In this document: positions 14,170-27,750 of the stretch, piece after piece
Numbering within the stretch: the first letter of the stretch is position 1
How the letters are laid out: every line of letters starts with the position of its first letter
Origin: Mizuhopecten yessoensis
Taxonomy: Eukaryota
Assembly: GCF_002113885.1 (NCBI RefSeq)
Contig: NW_018408441.1
Coordinates: 301,608 to 365,607 of the forward strand
DNA: 64,000 bases
Reading direction: 5' to 3'
Position numbers and translations under genes: made by a program
Notes under the pieces: model-generated
Told to the model about the DNA's origin: nothing
Databases searched by the model: none
What the model saw: only the letters and a program-made list of their open reading frames with translations

Positions 14170-14470
14170 GAATATAGATTTATCACATAATGTACTGTTA
14201 CCAGTGAACATACTCATGACACATTTTTTTTGCGTATTAACCCAAGTGATATGACATATTAGCCCAGTGATTGGTTGTTTCAATTGTGACGTCACGCATA
14301 GGACAAGTACATGACGTCACAGGCTTCGCACTGCATGAAAATTATTGTCGTTTTACACGAATAAATGCCACACATCTTGGTTATGTGATAAAAAGGATTT
14401 TACACTCGTTTTCATTTTATATGAAATTTATGAAACTCGGAACGAACTTTTCATTTTAGCTCGCCAGAGA
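14170..14470. mobile_element. Fragment of a non-autonomous DNA element (Crypton-like architecture, tentative)
   Basis: 'ttatcacataa...tgattgg...tgacgtca...ttatgtgataa' inverted ends and internal motifs resemble the elements at 61810-62200 and 50930-51290. Confidence 0.35.
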
Positions 14471-16275
14471 TCATATATTTATTGTGTACACTGTATATGA
14501 ATTGTTTTCATAAATACAAGAACATGTTTTATTAATTATTTCCACTTTTCAATTAAACCAGAGGTCATCATGCATGATACTGAACCATATACAAACGAAA
14601 CTTGGTATTTATTCTTTTCAACCATTTGACGATGAAATTAGAGAAATCTTGAAAAACAGACATAAATGGAAAAAAACACAAACACATTAAAAACCGACAT
14701 GATTCTTTATAAATATAGATAACTGACGATTTTATGTAACTGTGATACGATGAGCTGCTAATCTCTATAGTTTTACAGTGAGAGCCCACCACGTAGTCTA
14801 GCAGCCTGAGTCTATCGTGAAGTCTATCAGCCTGATGAGGGCTTGTGTGGTCTTCCGTTATCAAATACAAATATGATAGTCAGAAATCGTTATACAATAT
14901 TTGAGCTGAAATAGCTATAAAGTGATCAGCGAATGGGATCAGTGCGTGGACAGGTAATGAAAAACCACAAATACTCCCACAGCTGGTTCATATCAATATA
15001 CAAGGTCGCCATATTGGATTTTACAGCGGAAGTTTAGCCTGAAAAATGGCAACACTATCATTTAATGGAATCGACAAATCAATGGTTATTGATTGTCGTA
15101 GAACCAAGCACCTGTTACATGTCAACAAAGCCTGCCAAACGTTTATTATCCAAATACGTCTGTTTAGATAATTAAACATGTTTGAAAAATTTACTTATAT
15201 TGTAAACAGTTATTTAATAACAAATCAAATCATAATCACAAATCATTAGTGTTACGAGGCAAAATTCCAACAAAAGAATGAATTATACAATTTTCTACCA
15301 TTGATTGCAACTATCCTCATTACCTCTTGCATGTCATAAAATTGGTTTGGAACATTTTAGTGAACACATTTTTTTTTATATAAAAATATAAGACTTCACT
15401 TGATTTTCCATCGAATTTTACAATTATTGAACCCGATGCAGTTGTTGGTGTCTTTCAGCACAACGACCACAACATGTAAATACACACACGCAGACACACA
15501 TATGAATAAGGTAAAAAGAAGCTGATCGCGAGGAGACAAAGTCGCAAATTCAAACATTTCGCGAATAGTATTTCCTTAAATCAAATCAAATTGTTATCCA
15601 CTCAGAGCTCACGAACGAAAATACACGCGAAAGAAAAGTAATTGACAGTTAAACAAAACTTATGTTGATATTGGTGTATCTGTGAAGCTTAAGGACGTCA
15701 CACTCACATCCACTTCACACACCACCGATAGTAGGCACAGACACAAGGACATGTTAGGCCGACACAGGTATGCACACTTGATCTCTCACAAACACCATTA
15801 TAACCTTTTTGATTACATTTAATGCTATAAAATCCATATTACTTTTGTTCCACTTCTCGAGTATACAGTGTCACAGTATCAATGAATCCTGAATATATGG
15901 TACTGAGAGGAGTAGTGAAAAGTTTTGATAATAGCTTGGTTGAGCAATTTCAAGAACCAGTGATGAAACGCTGTTAAAAATAATTATTGTGATTATTTCG
16001 CAATCTAATATAAACGAGACAAGTCTGCATCTTTATCAGTAATGGGTATAAGGAAAGACCGTATACCAGAGGCGTGGTTATCTGTTTCCTCTTTCGAAAG
16101 ATTCGGAAATGTGTAAGTAGGGCTCCTTAGATATTTCAAGCAAACATAGATATTTTTGCAACAGCTCATGTTTAGTGTTTGCAGACAAGTATTGAGCTAC
16201 TTGGTGATCTGTCTGCAGACAAAACTACACACCTACAACTACACACCTATCATGTAGATCGTTGAGTGTGGTTAA

Positions 16276-16643
16276 GGGTCAATAAGTACATAGTTGTGAT
16301 TTACATGTTGCTTCAAGATTGCAAACAGCTATTTTTTGTGAACGACTCTGAAAGTTAGTCCTTATCAGCATGCAAATGATCAGCATGCCAATGCATCTTG
16401 AAGTTTACAAACCAGTCGGTCGTAGGAGTCTGTTGATGTTTAGGACAGTTAATATGAGAATGTGCAGCAGAACATGCTGTGGGATGAATTTTTCTAAGCC
16501 AGTTATTTTTCTATCTCCATTCCACAGAGGCCTTGTGACTTTGGACAGATATCGCACACAAAACCTTTTGTTTGGGGAAAAAAAATCAAAAAAATCAGCA
16601 ATTTTGGGAAAATTTGGCAAATATTATCTAGGAAAATGGACCT
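16276..16643. mobile_element. Possible Kolobok-like non-autonomous element
   Basis: TTAA flanks with imperfect terminal inverted ends: ttaa|gggtcaat ... atggacct|ttaa. Confidence 0.25.
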
Positions 16644-16959
16644 TTAAAAGACCCCAAATTCACCCTGAAATTCACTGTAATGTCATATAAATTCAGCTTT
16701 TTAGCGGTTGTTTGTATTTGAAAAGCTTTGAGGCAGCGAGTTTAAAATTCTGTTAATAATGATAAGGGTACTTTTGCATTTTGAGTACGGTGGTATGTTA
16801 GCTTTGACGACACGATGACAATTCATTCCGTATGGTAATTGTCTTTTTTCACAAGCTTATTTCGAGCACACTCAATACCATGCATAACATTGGAGGTTTT
16901 GTAATTCATTGGTTGAAAACACTTGTACAATATTGTCTTACTGTAATTACGTGAGACTT

Positions 16960-18060
16960 GGATCATCAACATTCTTATTGTCATCACGGGACACTGAAAA
17001 CAATGAGTCCAGGACATCACGTGAGGCGGGGAACACCGAGACCGGGATATTCTTACTGACATCACGGGAGACTGAAAATATCTAATCAAGGACATTCTTA
17101 CTGTCATCACGGGAGACTGGGATCATCGAGTCCGGGACGTTCTTTTTGTGATCAGGGGAGACTGGGAACATCGAGTCCGCGACGTTCTTTTTGTCATCAC
17201 GGGAGACTTGGAACATCGAGTCCGGGACGTTCTTTTTGTCATCACGGGAGACTGGGAACATCGAGTCCGGGACGTTCTTTTTGTCATGACGGGAGACTAG
17301 GAACATCGAGTCCGGGACGTTTTTTTTGTCATCACGGGAGACTGGGAACATCGATCGAGTCCGGGACGTTCTTACTGTCATCACGGGATACTGTGAATAT
17401 CTAATTCGGGGACATTCATACTGTCATAACGTGAGACTGAAACATCGAGTCTGGGACATTGTTACTGTCATCACGGGAGACTGAGAACATCTTATCCGGG
17501 ACATTTTTATCCTCATAAAGTGAGACTTGGAACATCGAGTCAGGGAAATTCTTGCTGTCATTAAAGGAGACTGAAAATATGGAATCTACGACATTTTTAC
17601 TGGGAGACTTGGAACACTGAGTCCGGGACAAACTTATTGTCATCACAGCATACTGAGAACATCTCATCCGGGACAAACTTACTGTCATCACAGCATACTG
17701 AGAACCTCTAATCTGGGACCAACTTACTGTCATCACAGCATACTGAGAACCCCTAATCCGGGACAAACTTACTGTCATCACAGCATAATAAGAACGTCTA
17801 ATCCGGGACCAACTTACTGTCATCACAGCATACTGAGAACCTCTAATCCGGGACAAACTTAGGACAAACTTACTGTCATTACAGCATACTGAGAACCTCT
17901 AATCCGGGACATTCTTTCTGTCATCACGTGAGACTTGAAACATCGAGCCCGGGACATTCTAACTGTCATCATGAAAGACTGAGACCATCGTTTCCGAGTT
18001 ATTATCTGTCATCGCATGTGATTGGTACCATCGTGACTGGGTCATTCTAACTATCACCAC
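16960..18060. repeat. 45-bp minisatellite with two variant blocks
   Basis: Unit gtcatcacgggagactgggaacatcgagtccgggacgttcttttt (17100-17390) and variant gtcatcacagcatactgagaacctctaatccgggacaaacttact (17630-17915); 15-aa periodicity in minus-strand ORFs. Confidence 0.92.
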
Positions 18061-20249
18061 GTGACTTATCCGATCAGGAAGTCATAACTACAGACATGAT
18101 TCGTTGATAACAAGTCCCCAGAGTGCGTCTAGATTTGACGTCCCATCACGAAACGTCTTTATTTTCAATTTCAGTACCGCTGTATATAATAATGATTATT
18201 CTTTGTGCTATTTGATCGAAAATCGCAAGTAGTAGAAAAGTAATAAAACTAATACACTAATCATATCTGAACAGACTGCTAACCGGAACACTCATCTGGC
18301 TGGTGACATTATCACCTTCAAACATTTTGATATTTGAAAGCAGAAAAGATTTAATGCTTTTTATATTGTCCATTGTTTAAAGCGCGGTACCACCCTTATT
18401 TCTCATAGATACCGCGATAGTTACTAATTCCATTTAGTCAAGCTTCCATTAATTGGAATTAAGTCTTAATTACTAATGGCAAACGTGTTTGTAAAATTGA
18501 GGATGATTAAGTAATTACTCTGGTCTTTTCTAACATTAAGAAACCCCTCGCGTATTACGTCTCCGGATTGCGCGTGCGATTATTCACGAGCGTCAGCCAA
18601 GATGGCCGCCCGTGATAGCTTGGCGGACACACAATTAGCTGTGCAATCTTTGAAAAATAGCAATCCTGGATTCCCAACCCTTTCATTAAATTATAGTTCG
18701 GTGACAGTAATGCAATATTAAAATATCAGATTTCATACTTCATAATCAAGTCTTTGGTGAGATGGGCGAACGCTCAGCCGGGATCGATCGGCGCCTCATC
18801 ACTCATCGAGACAATCCCGTAGCAAATCATCCGCGTGCTGTGATTGGACCGTCCGCCGTGAGTAAACTAGATTTCTTTTTATTCTTGTCCGGCTAATACG
18901 CTTTCGTAGCAGGGAAAAACTTTTGGCAAACTTTTGACTTTAAATATTTATTTAAGCACACAGTATCAATAAAACATACAAACTAACTATAAGGAACAGT
19001 TGTTTCAGAACTGATAACGTAGATACAGACTGCCAAACTAAGTAAACAATTACTACATCATTCATTAATATTACTGAAGGTCGAAAACAAATGTCTAAAG
19101 TGCTCCGAAACATATACAATGACATACAGTAATGAGTGAAAGAGAAAACTGTCAATAAAATCATTTATATCGTTAAAATTTCGAAGAGTTTGACTACAAA
19201 ACACAAGATATTACCAAGTTATATATATACCTAAAAGAATAAACGTAATTCGATCTCAAAATCAGAGAAAATACAAACGTAGGAAATATTTAAACGGGGA
19301 CCCTTGAAAAAGCACAAAATATAACCAGATGTTCTGAAAGGGTTAATGGCCTCCGCTTCGCCGACGACATCCACACTCTTAACATTATACAAATTCTAGT
19401 AATCTCATGTTCTCAAAGTCAGAACCGGGGAAGAAATAACGAAACCACACGGCACACACATGAGCGTGTTAAAAACCGTCTATATCCATATCACACTAGG
19501 AATATTTCCCAATGAGATCATAATTACGACGATACACTTGTTCATAGTGTTCATTAACTCAAACATCTCTCGAAAACCGTATTTTGCAAATATTCCATAT
19601 CTTTTACGGAAAATTGAATATAGAATCAACTGATATATGTAAATCGAAATATCATACGCAGTTTATTCTGCATGTACTAAAAAAAAAAAAACCCAACAAC
19701 TGTAAACCTTGATATTTTTTTTATCATTTTTACCTTCAGTACCACTGATTATTCCTGGCCTATTGGTACAGTAAACTGTTTTCATCGTATTCATGGATGT
19801 TAGTGTCGAGAAATGTTCCAATGTTCGCACTTAATATGTGCTAGCTGGTGATGTACGTAAGTTATCAATGACAGGTGAAGTCTACTGATATTAAAGGCCA
19901 GTCCGTGTTGTTACTCCATTGGCAATTTACGTAAGGGGAAAGTGTTTTCTATAAAAGAAGTAAAACTCCGCTATATTGCGACTAAAATTACATCATAATT
20001 CCTATTCTGTTTATTCTTGTTCATGATTGATATTGATGGTTTCTTTGAATGTTAAAGCCGCTACAGCTGAAATGAACGAAAATGACATAAGTTTAGTAGT
20101 AAAAGTGCATGACCAACAATGTATAACCTTGCCAACACAAAAAGCTAGCATTTTAACACAGAGTCTGTACAAAAAGAAAAGAGCTTACACTGAAAGAACA
20201 TCACAATGAGATGGAAAAACATCATGAACAACTCTCCATCACCTCACCA

Positions 20250-20990
20250 ATGATTACTGTGTCACATCTCCACTCACCAGTTATTCCTACGCCACATCTC
20301 CACCCCACCAGTTATTCCTGCGTCACATCTCCACCCCCCCAGTTATTCCTACGTCACATCTCCCCCCACCAGTTATTCCTGTGCCACATTTCCACCCCAC
20401 CAGTTATTCCTACGCCACATCTCCACCCACCAGTTATTCCTGTGCCACATTTCCACCCCACCAGTTATTCCTACGTCACATCTCCACCAACCAGTTATTC
20501 CTGCGCCACATTTCCACCCCACCAGTTATTCCTACGCCACATCACCACCCCACCAGTTATTCCTACGCCACATCTCCACCCTCCAGTGATTCCTGCGTCA
20601 CATCTCCACCCCACCAGTTATTCCTGCGCCACATCTCCACCCCACCAATTATTTCTACGTCACATCTCCACCCACCAGTTATTCCTACTCCACATCTCCA
20701 CCCCACCAGTTATTGCTGCGCCACATCTCCACCCCACCAGTTATTCCTACTCCACATCTCCACCCCACCAGTTATTCCTACGTCACATCTCCACCCCACC
20801 AGTTATTCCTACGTCACATCTCCACCACCCCAGTTATTACTGCGCCACATCTCCACCCAACCAGTTATCCCTGCGCCACATCTCCAACCCACCAGTTATT
20901 CCTGCGCCACATCCTGTGTCACATTTCCTTCCCACCAGTTATTCCCGTTCCTTATCTCCACCCCACCAGTTATTCCTACACCACATCTGG
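20250..20990. repeat. ~31-bp C-rich minisatellite (ccacatctccaccccaccagttattcctacg), ~24 copies
   Basis: Direct reading; the unit has no plus-strand stop codon, so it produces overlapping spurious ORFs. Confidence 0.95.
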
Positions 20991-23914
20991 CACTAGCCCC
21001 ATGTCTTCTGGAAAGAATGTAGGTCACAAACGATCTAAAGCACATTCTGTTACCATAGTAGACATTGTAGACACTTTTATCATAGAAGTCACAGCATCGA
21101 TTCAAGTTTCAGGCAAAAATGGATTAAAATATGCATTGTAATTTGTGAGTCTGGAGTTGTCCATGGCTGTTTTGCATCATAATGCAACAGCCACGTAATG
21201 TGGTATTTATAGATGTGTGTTACGCCACGATTACACACCAGACACGAATTCCCAACCGCCAGAGAAATTGTGCAAAAACATTTTTTTCGAAACACCTTCC
21301 CTTTTCCCCCTCCCATTCTTGACCGCAGTCCCCATCTTCAACCCCTCCTCTGCGAAATTCCAAACCCGGATGGCAAATCCTGCTTAATATATGACCATAA
21401 TTGTCACATTCTGTCATCAATAATTATTTCTCTACACAGGTATTTTGCTGTTCTTCAATTGTTTTCTTTTTGGGAAGCAGATAATTCAAATCCGTATATT
21501 AGCTGGGGGTATTGTCGGTGGGATAACGTTTAAAGTGTTCTTGGCTGTCTGTCAGTCTGCCAAGTATTTTCCATTAAAGACTAGTTTAAGTCTCTTTTTT
21601 TACAGTATGAAGTAAAATCTACTCTTAAAATTTAACCGAAACCTTCAGATTGACTGATAGTGTCTGAGTGTACTAGCCCCACTAGTATTATTCAGGTAAT
21701 TCTCCTTGCCGGGACAGGGCGGGTCTTATTTGGGTCTCAATGTTACATATAGTACTAATGAATACAATGGTTCATGTAAACAAGTATGTTGATTTGGAGG
21801 TGTAAACTTCCAACTTCATGTCGTAGTTGTACTGTGTCTAATGTATACTAGTTCTGAGATTCGTATCCAGAAAAAACAATTGATATAGAACTACCACGTA
21901 ATCAAACAATAATGCTAACTGAAATTCCGATGGACGAGGCAACATTGGAACATATACACAGATAACAGCACAGTATGGAGAGGTGTTATTCCGAATAGGA
22001 ACGAGCACTTCCTTTCCCGTTATCAAGTATAAACAGTACAAAAAAGACCGTCTGAGTGAGTACAATAAGAGCGAAAAGCTTAAAATCATAGAGTAAACTA
22101 TGGTGGATGTGTGTAAAAAAACCAAATATAAAACGCTCAGCCAGAGTCGACGATATTACGTGGTGAGAATTATCAGAAAGGTGTCAAAGCGTTTCGCGAG
22201 TGTAGCAATTTTAGCACGATTTTTCAACGGGATGAGATGCATGTGGTATGGGTGAGTAATCGTGGTATAAGTATTGTTCAGTTGGTTATCCAAAGATCTG
22301 CACTCGTTAGTATTTTAAAGGACGAAATGAATATTTAGCATTCGGCATCGACACATTAATAATTTCAATAGTCGCTCCCTTGTTCTTATTTCTAGTGATT
22401 ATTTTATTGCAGAGTGTGGTTCTTTTCTGGTCGAAAATAGGTGTTACTTTATAGTTGGAAGTTACTGTACTTACCAGGAGTTTTTGGCAGCAGTGTATGT
22501 AGTTTTGCAAATTCATTAATGCAATGAAAAATTCCAATTTTAGGCATTATTATCATATCTTGCACGATACTTTAGACAAACAGTAATACAGAATTTATTA
22601 TAGAGTGGATAAGAATTTAATATGTTCCTGTTATAGATGTATATGTTTTGGTGTTACCTTCATGTGTACTAATTGGGCTGAACGCGTTGTTTACACATCT
22701 TGATTGGAAGCAATATATGGCACAGTCGTACACTTACCCGTTTGTAGAATAATAAGTCAATATAAGAAAGATTATCTTGAGTATCTAGCAGATTATATTT
22801 GTCGCAAATTGGCTTTAAGAGGTAGATGGATGTCGTTTGACATTTCATTTTGCATGTTTATGATGAAAGGAGATATGCTGCTTACACACCGGTCGGTTGA
22901 TGATACTGATGCCCGAGAGATGGAGTACACACAGTGTCGTAATGAAGCACGCCCCTTGTTTGTCTAGCCTTCAACCAAACAAGGTCGAACATTGATGTCA
23001 AATATTTGTGGCTTCGACACGTTATCTTTTATATCCGTTTGAGCAATTTCTGTGGCATTAAATATGCATGTCGATTTTTGGTCTAAACTGTTAGTGGTAT
23101 TTCCAAACCATTGTTTTAAGTATTACTGCCGGTTCGGCGGTCGGTGTTTGATAAAGGTCGACACCAGGGGACGCGTTTTATTGGTCGGGCAGCAGGTCAA
23201 CATACTGTGGCATCACGGGATGAAACAAATGGCGGCAAGATCGGCACGAGCCGGTTTTACCAGGGGGACAGGTCACCTGCCAAATGTCGTAAGCAGGAAA
23301 TGCGTATTTTTAGAAAAGTGTGTGTAAAGTAATCATATCTACAGATTATCACTTCAATCTCACTTAACATGTCAATGGTGTAAAAAACGAAATGTGATGT
23401 TAAAGTTAAGTCTATACGCTACCTTACACGTCATATATTTGACCATGATTAATGTTGATTTATCTCCCTTACACATTATACCTGTGATTTGAATACCCAT
23501 AGAGACCATTCATATGATTTTATTACATTTATGGTCACATCTTATCTTACACATAAAAACCCGGGTTTTGTGTGAGAGAATGGTTATATATTTACTAGAA
23601 ATGAAAAGTTAGGAAGAACATTATATTAATTAAAAACTAAATTTACTGGTACATAGTGTACATAAAGCCAAGAAAATTAACAATAACTGCATCATATGAC
23701 CATTTCTTCGATTTAGCACTCATCAATAGTACAAAAGTCAAACGAGTGAAAGGTCAAGTCATTTGATATCCTACATTACATGTTTACCGGCTATTGTTAT
23801 TTACATTTCGTATTCTTTACTGAGCATGGCTTTATATAAAATAAAAACAGGGGCGCCATTCCTCAAAATATTTAAAAGATACTTGGGGAGAAATTAAAGA
23901 CACGAAAGATTCCT

Positions 23915-24555
23915 ACCGTGACATTTACCAATAGTATGACCTAGTATTCACCCAATTATCAAACTATTTGACATTGACCTACATTAACACTGTAGTTTTC
24001 ACCTCATTACCAAGCTTTTTGACATTGACCTACATTAACAATGTGGTTTTCACCATATTACCAAGCTCTTTGACATTTACCTACAGTATGACAAAGTAGT
24101 CTCCTCACTAACAAACACCAACAACTGCCTACATTAACACTGTAGTTTTCAACATATTACCACGCTCTTTGACATTTACTTACAGTATGACAAAGTATTC
24201 TCCCCACAAACAAACACCAACAACTACCTACATTAACACTGTAGTTTACACCATATTACCAAGCTCTTTGCCATTTACCTTCATTGTGACAAAGTATTCA
24301 CCTCATTACCAAACTCTTTGACATTGACCTACATTAACACTGTAGTTTTCACCATATTACCAAGCTCTTTGACATTTACCTTCATTATGACAAAGTATTC
24401 ACCTCATTACCAAACTCTTTGACATTGACCTACATTAACACTGTAGTTTTCACCATGTTACCAAGCTCTTTGACATTTACCTACAGTATGACAAAGTATT
24501 CTCCTCACTAACAAACACCATCAACTACCTACATTAACACTGTAGTTTTCACCCC
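23915..24555. repeat. 50/51-bp minisatellite with a 101-bp dimeric higher-order period
   Basis: Alternating units ttaccaagctctttgacatttacctacagtatgacaaagtattcacctca and ttaccaaactctttgacattgacctacattaacactgtagttttcaccata; 'ttacc' starts at 24306, 24357 and 24407. Confidence 0.9.
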
Positions 24556-24599
24556 ATTAATTATAAGAACGACAGTAGTGCACTCCTCATTAACAAGCT

Positions 24600-24755
24600 T
24601 TATGACGTCCACTACCGTTAACTTTTCCTTCGCCAGCAATATATCGAACCTCGTCTACTTATGGCGTACCTGGTATATATTTTACACATAGGAGAACAAC
24701 GGGGACCAAGTATAGACATAGATCTGTGGACCACACCCGCTGTGACAGCCTATCC
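24600..24755 (-). mobile_element. Very decayed LINE reverse-transcriptase fragment
   Basis: Minus strand reads VTAGV...SILGP(L)LFS with frameshifts, a relic of the GVPQGSILGPLLF motif. Confidence 0.4.
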
Positions 24756-26859
24756 AAACCCGAATCGAATTCCAATTTTGTTGTTGTTTATTATATTTTA
24801 TACTAAAATTATTATATCTAAACTATATTATTATATATATTATATTATTATAAACGTCATCTGACTATGTCTAATATCCGTGTGTATCTATACTGTGTAG
24901 ACGAAATGATGTGCATAAAGAAGAACGTACAGACATCAACATGCTATTAAACCTATTATAACAGATACATTATGTCAAAAATGAACAAAACCCACACCAT
25001 CAAGCTGTTTTATCCTACTAGGACTCGTCAATAATGGTTGGGGCTACAAAGGAGGATTTCCAAATTGGTCTTAACTAACTCTTCAAACTTTGGCAATAGG
25101 AAGCTATATGATTGAACATGTCTTTTCACAAACATAGCTGTGTCAATTAATATTGTTAGTAAATAATGGTCCCCTTATTATACAAGTGACGACTTCAAAT
25201 GCACGATCGTTCAAATATTAGAGTTTCAGCATAACAGTCGATTTTCTACTCTATAGACATTTCGGCATATCAATCATTTCTGTATGTAAGTATATTGATG
25301 ATGAATATATTGAGTAGTCTGGGTTCTCTACCTGAGACAATTCAAACTACACAAAAGTCATGTTCCGGCCGTCATCATGTCTCCCACATTTATGGTGTTT
25401 TAGTGTTTGCTATGATTGCACTGGTTATCGACGTATCTCACTTATCCTTCACGAACATTAGGAAAAACTGGTTCCACTATCCATGTGTGTCGGGGTTTAG
25501 GTTGACTTCTGTTTTCATGTCTCATCGCTTCCTACTTTTCTTTTTCATATCGACCTTTTTGGTTTTTGACATTTTTTGCATTGATGAATTATCTATATCG
25601 TTTTTCTATTTTAGAATATCTTTGCTGGTCTCCCAGCCCGGTTCCTGTAACATATCTGTCGTGATTCCGCGACGACGTCGAAGGATATGATGGGTCAAGT
25701 CTGCCATTTTAACCTATAGCACTCTCTCGGGCTATTTAATTTCAACAACGTTATAAAACAATTTAAGTTTAAACAGAAGATTTCCCGCAGATTCTGCAAA
25801 TTGGCTGCACCAGTGCCGTTTGATGAAAAACGAATATCAACAAGGGGTATTCATTTACTATACCGTCAGCTAATCTCATCGTTAATGGTTATTAAGATTA
25901 ATTTCTTTATTGTAGTCTAATCTAAATGCTTGTCTCGTATTCAAGGTTTTATTCTAAATTAATATCTTATCGTTATTCTATATGGGGTTCATTTAGACAA
26001 TGACATACCGTTGGCTACTGGAAACATATCCTGTAAGGAGGCTAGCTATCGATGTTGTCAATTTCCGCAGGCTGATTGATAGATGGCCGGTCCCTATCAA
26101 CATTCCTTGATGTCAATTCCATCTTTTATAAGTTCTATCTAAATTATGCATGGCAGCGGACAATGAGTCCGGAACGCAGTGTTTGGATTGAGTCATAAGT
26201 ACACGCCACATTGTTACCTGAGGCGTTCTCTGTTTTGTGGCCATTACACACACATTACCTGGCTTACATGCATTTATTGATCTATGGTATGAATTCATTT
26301 TTGTAATGTTTTGAGATCGATAGTGAAGTTGTAAATGATAATTATAATTCACAATCTCATGAAAGCAGAAGGTGTGATCGTATGTACCTTTGCCGTATAA
26401 ATATTTACGCGTTCTTTATATTCATATCTCACTACCGTTTAAAGTGGAATATGGCTTTATTTAATTATGCTACCGATTTGATGAACTCGTCATGCCAAAC
26501 ATCATTTGTGCTTGAATCTAAAAAAAATCTATTGACGTGAATAGATTAGAACCTATAATAGGGCTTGATACTCTAATACAGAACAAATAGCCTGTGAAAT
26601 ATGTAAGCTGCATGTTCAGGGGAAGATTTCTTAAGTGTCAATAGGTCCGTGGCCTTTAAGCAATAAAACACAAAAATACCAAAGGCGCTTAGGCATATCG
26701 ATAAGACTATAGCAACTATAAAAATAGGGATTGCAGGATTGAATATGTGTTTTTAAACTTTTTGTTGCTCCAAGACAATCAGTTATCAATATCTCTCTTT
26801 TATGTCAATGTTTTATCATATTAAATTCCATAAATCTGATAAATAATATATAACCATGT

Positions 26860-27049
26860 TATTCCGTCTTTGCGTATTGCAGAGTTATCTTCTCTTGGGA
26901 GCAGGTATTGATTGTTACGTCATTGGTTTGTGCGAGAAAATTACGTCGTTTTCTCAAAAATCGATGACGTTACTCTCACAAACAAGTGACGTAACAATCA
27001 ATACCTGCTCCCAAGAGAAGATAACTCTGCAATACGCAAAGACGGAATA
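26860..27049. mobile_element. MITE (fold-back element), copy 1
   Basis: ~60-75 bp near-perfect terminal inverted repeats (tattccgtctttgcgtattgcagagttatcttctcttgggagcaggtattgattgttacgtca ... its reverse complement); TA at both ends; second copy at 53275-53462. Confidence 0.92.
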
Positions 27050-27439
27050 CTCGTAGATGTAGTGCATGTCGTATCGAAATGAATCTTAACAATGTCAATC
27101 AATTACAGAAGAACAAACAGACAAGACACCTGGAGTGGATACATAGCACCACGTATGATGAGCTGGCATGACTGTAATTAACCAAGTAAATATAGAAAAT
27201 GATTCCAATAGTGCACTAAGGATTTTCAGTAAGGATTTTATTTTGGAGTCAATTCGATTTAACAAATCCGCGAAATACTAATGATTTAAGATTTCAATTT
27301 CAAGAAGATGATCTATTTTTGGACTAGTATTATGATACCGTGGCGAAATTCAACCTTTACAATAGAACTTTATGAAAATCATCAATGATATGTACGAACA
27401 TATATTATTAATGAATAAATATCATGACTGCTAAGAAGT

Positions 27440-27750
27440 CTGGGTGGGTTAATATATTCTGTTATGAGCTTATTATTCTTCATTCCTTGCGCTGTCTCTT
27501 CGCTATGGTGATAACTGCCAGGAAGATCGGGTCTGTTATCTGAGCTTGTTAATTCCTCATTCGTTGTCTTGTCTCTTCGTTAAGATGATGACTGGCAAGT
27601 CGATAGGGTAGGTTAACATGTGTTATGCGACTCTGTAAAATCCTCATCTCGTGACCTGTCTCTAACCGGCTAGGTTAACAGATTTTGTCATATACGACTG
27701 TTAATTCCTCATTCCTTGCCATGTCCCCATGTTAGAGTAATGTCCTATTA
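27440..27750. repeat. Degenerate ~80-bp tandem repeat, ~4 copies
   Basis: Recurring 'ctgttaattcctcattccttg...tgtctcttcg' and 'ggttaa' blocks. Confidence 0.55.

Noticed and set aside
14830-14890. Hammerhead ribozyme at CTGATGA
   Set aside because: No stem II closed by a correctly placed GAAA and no stem III pairing
20211-21141. Pro/His-rich proteins of 261, 213 and 142 aa
   Set aside because: Three overlapping frames arise from a stop-free ~31-bp minisatellite whose unit is not a multiple of three
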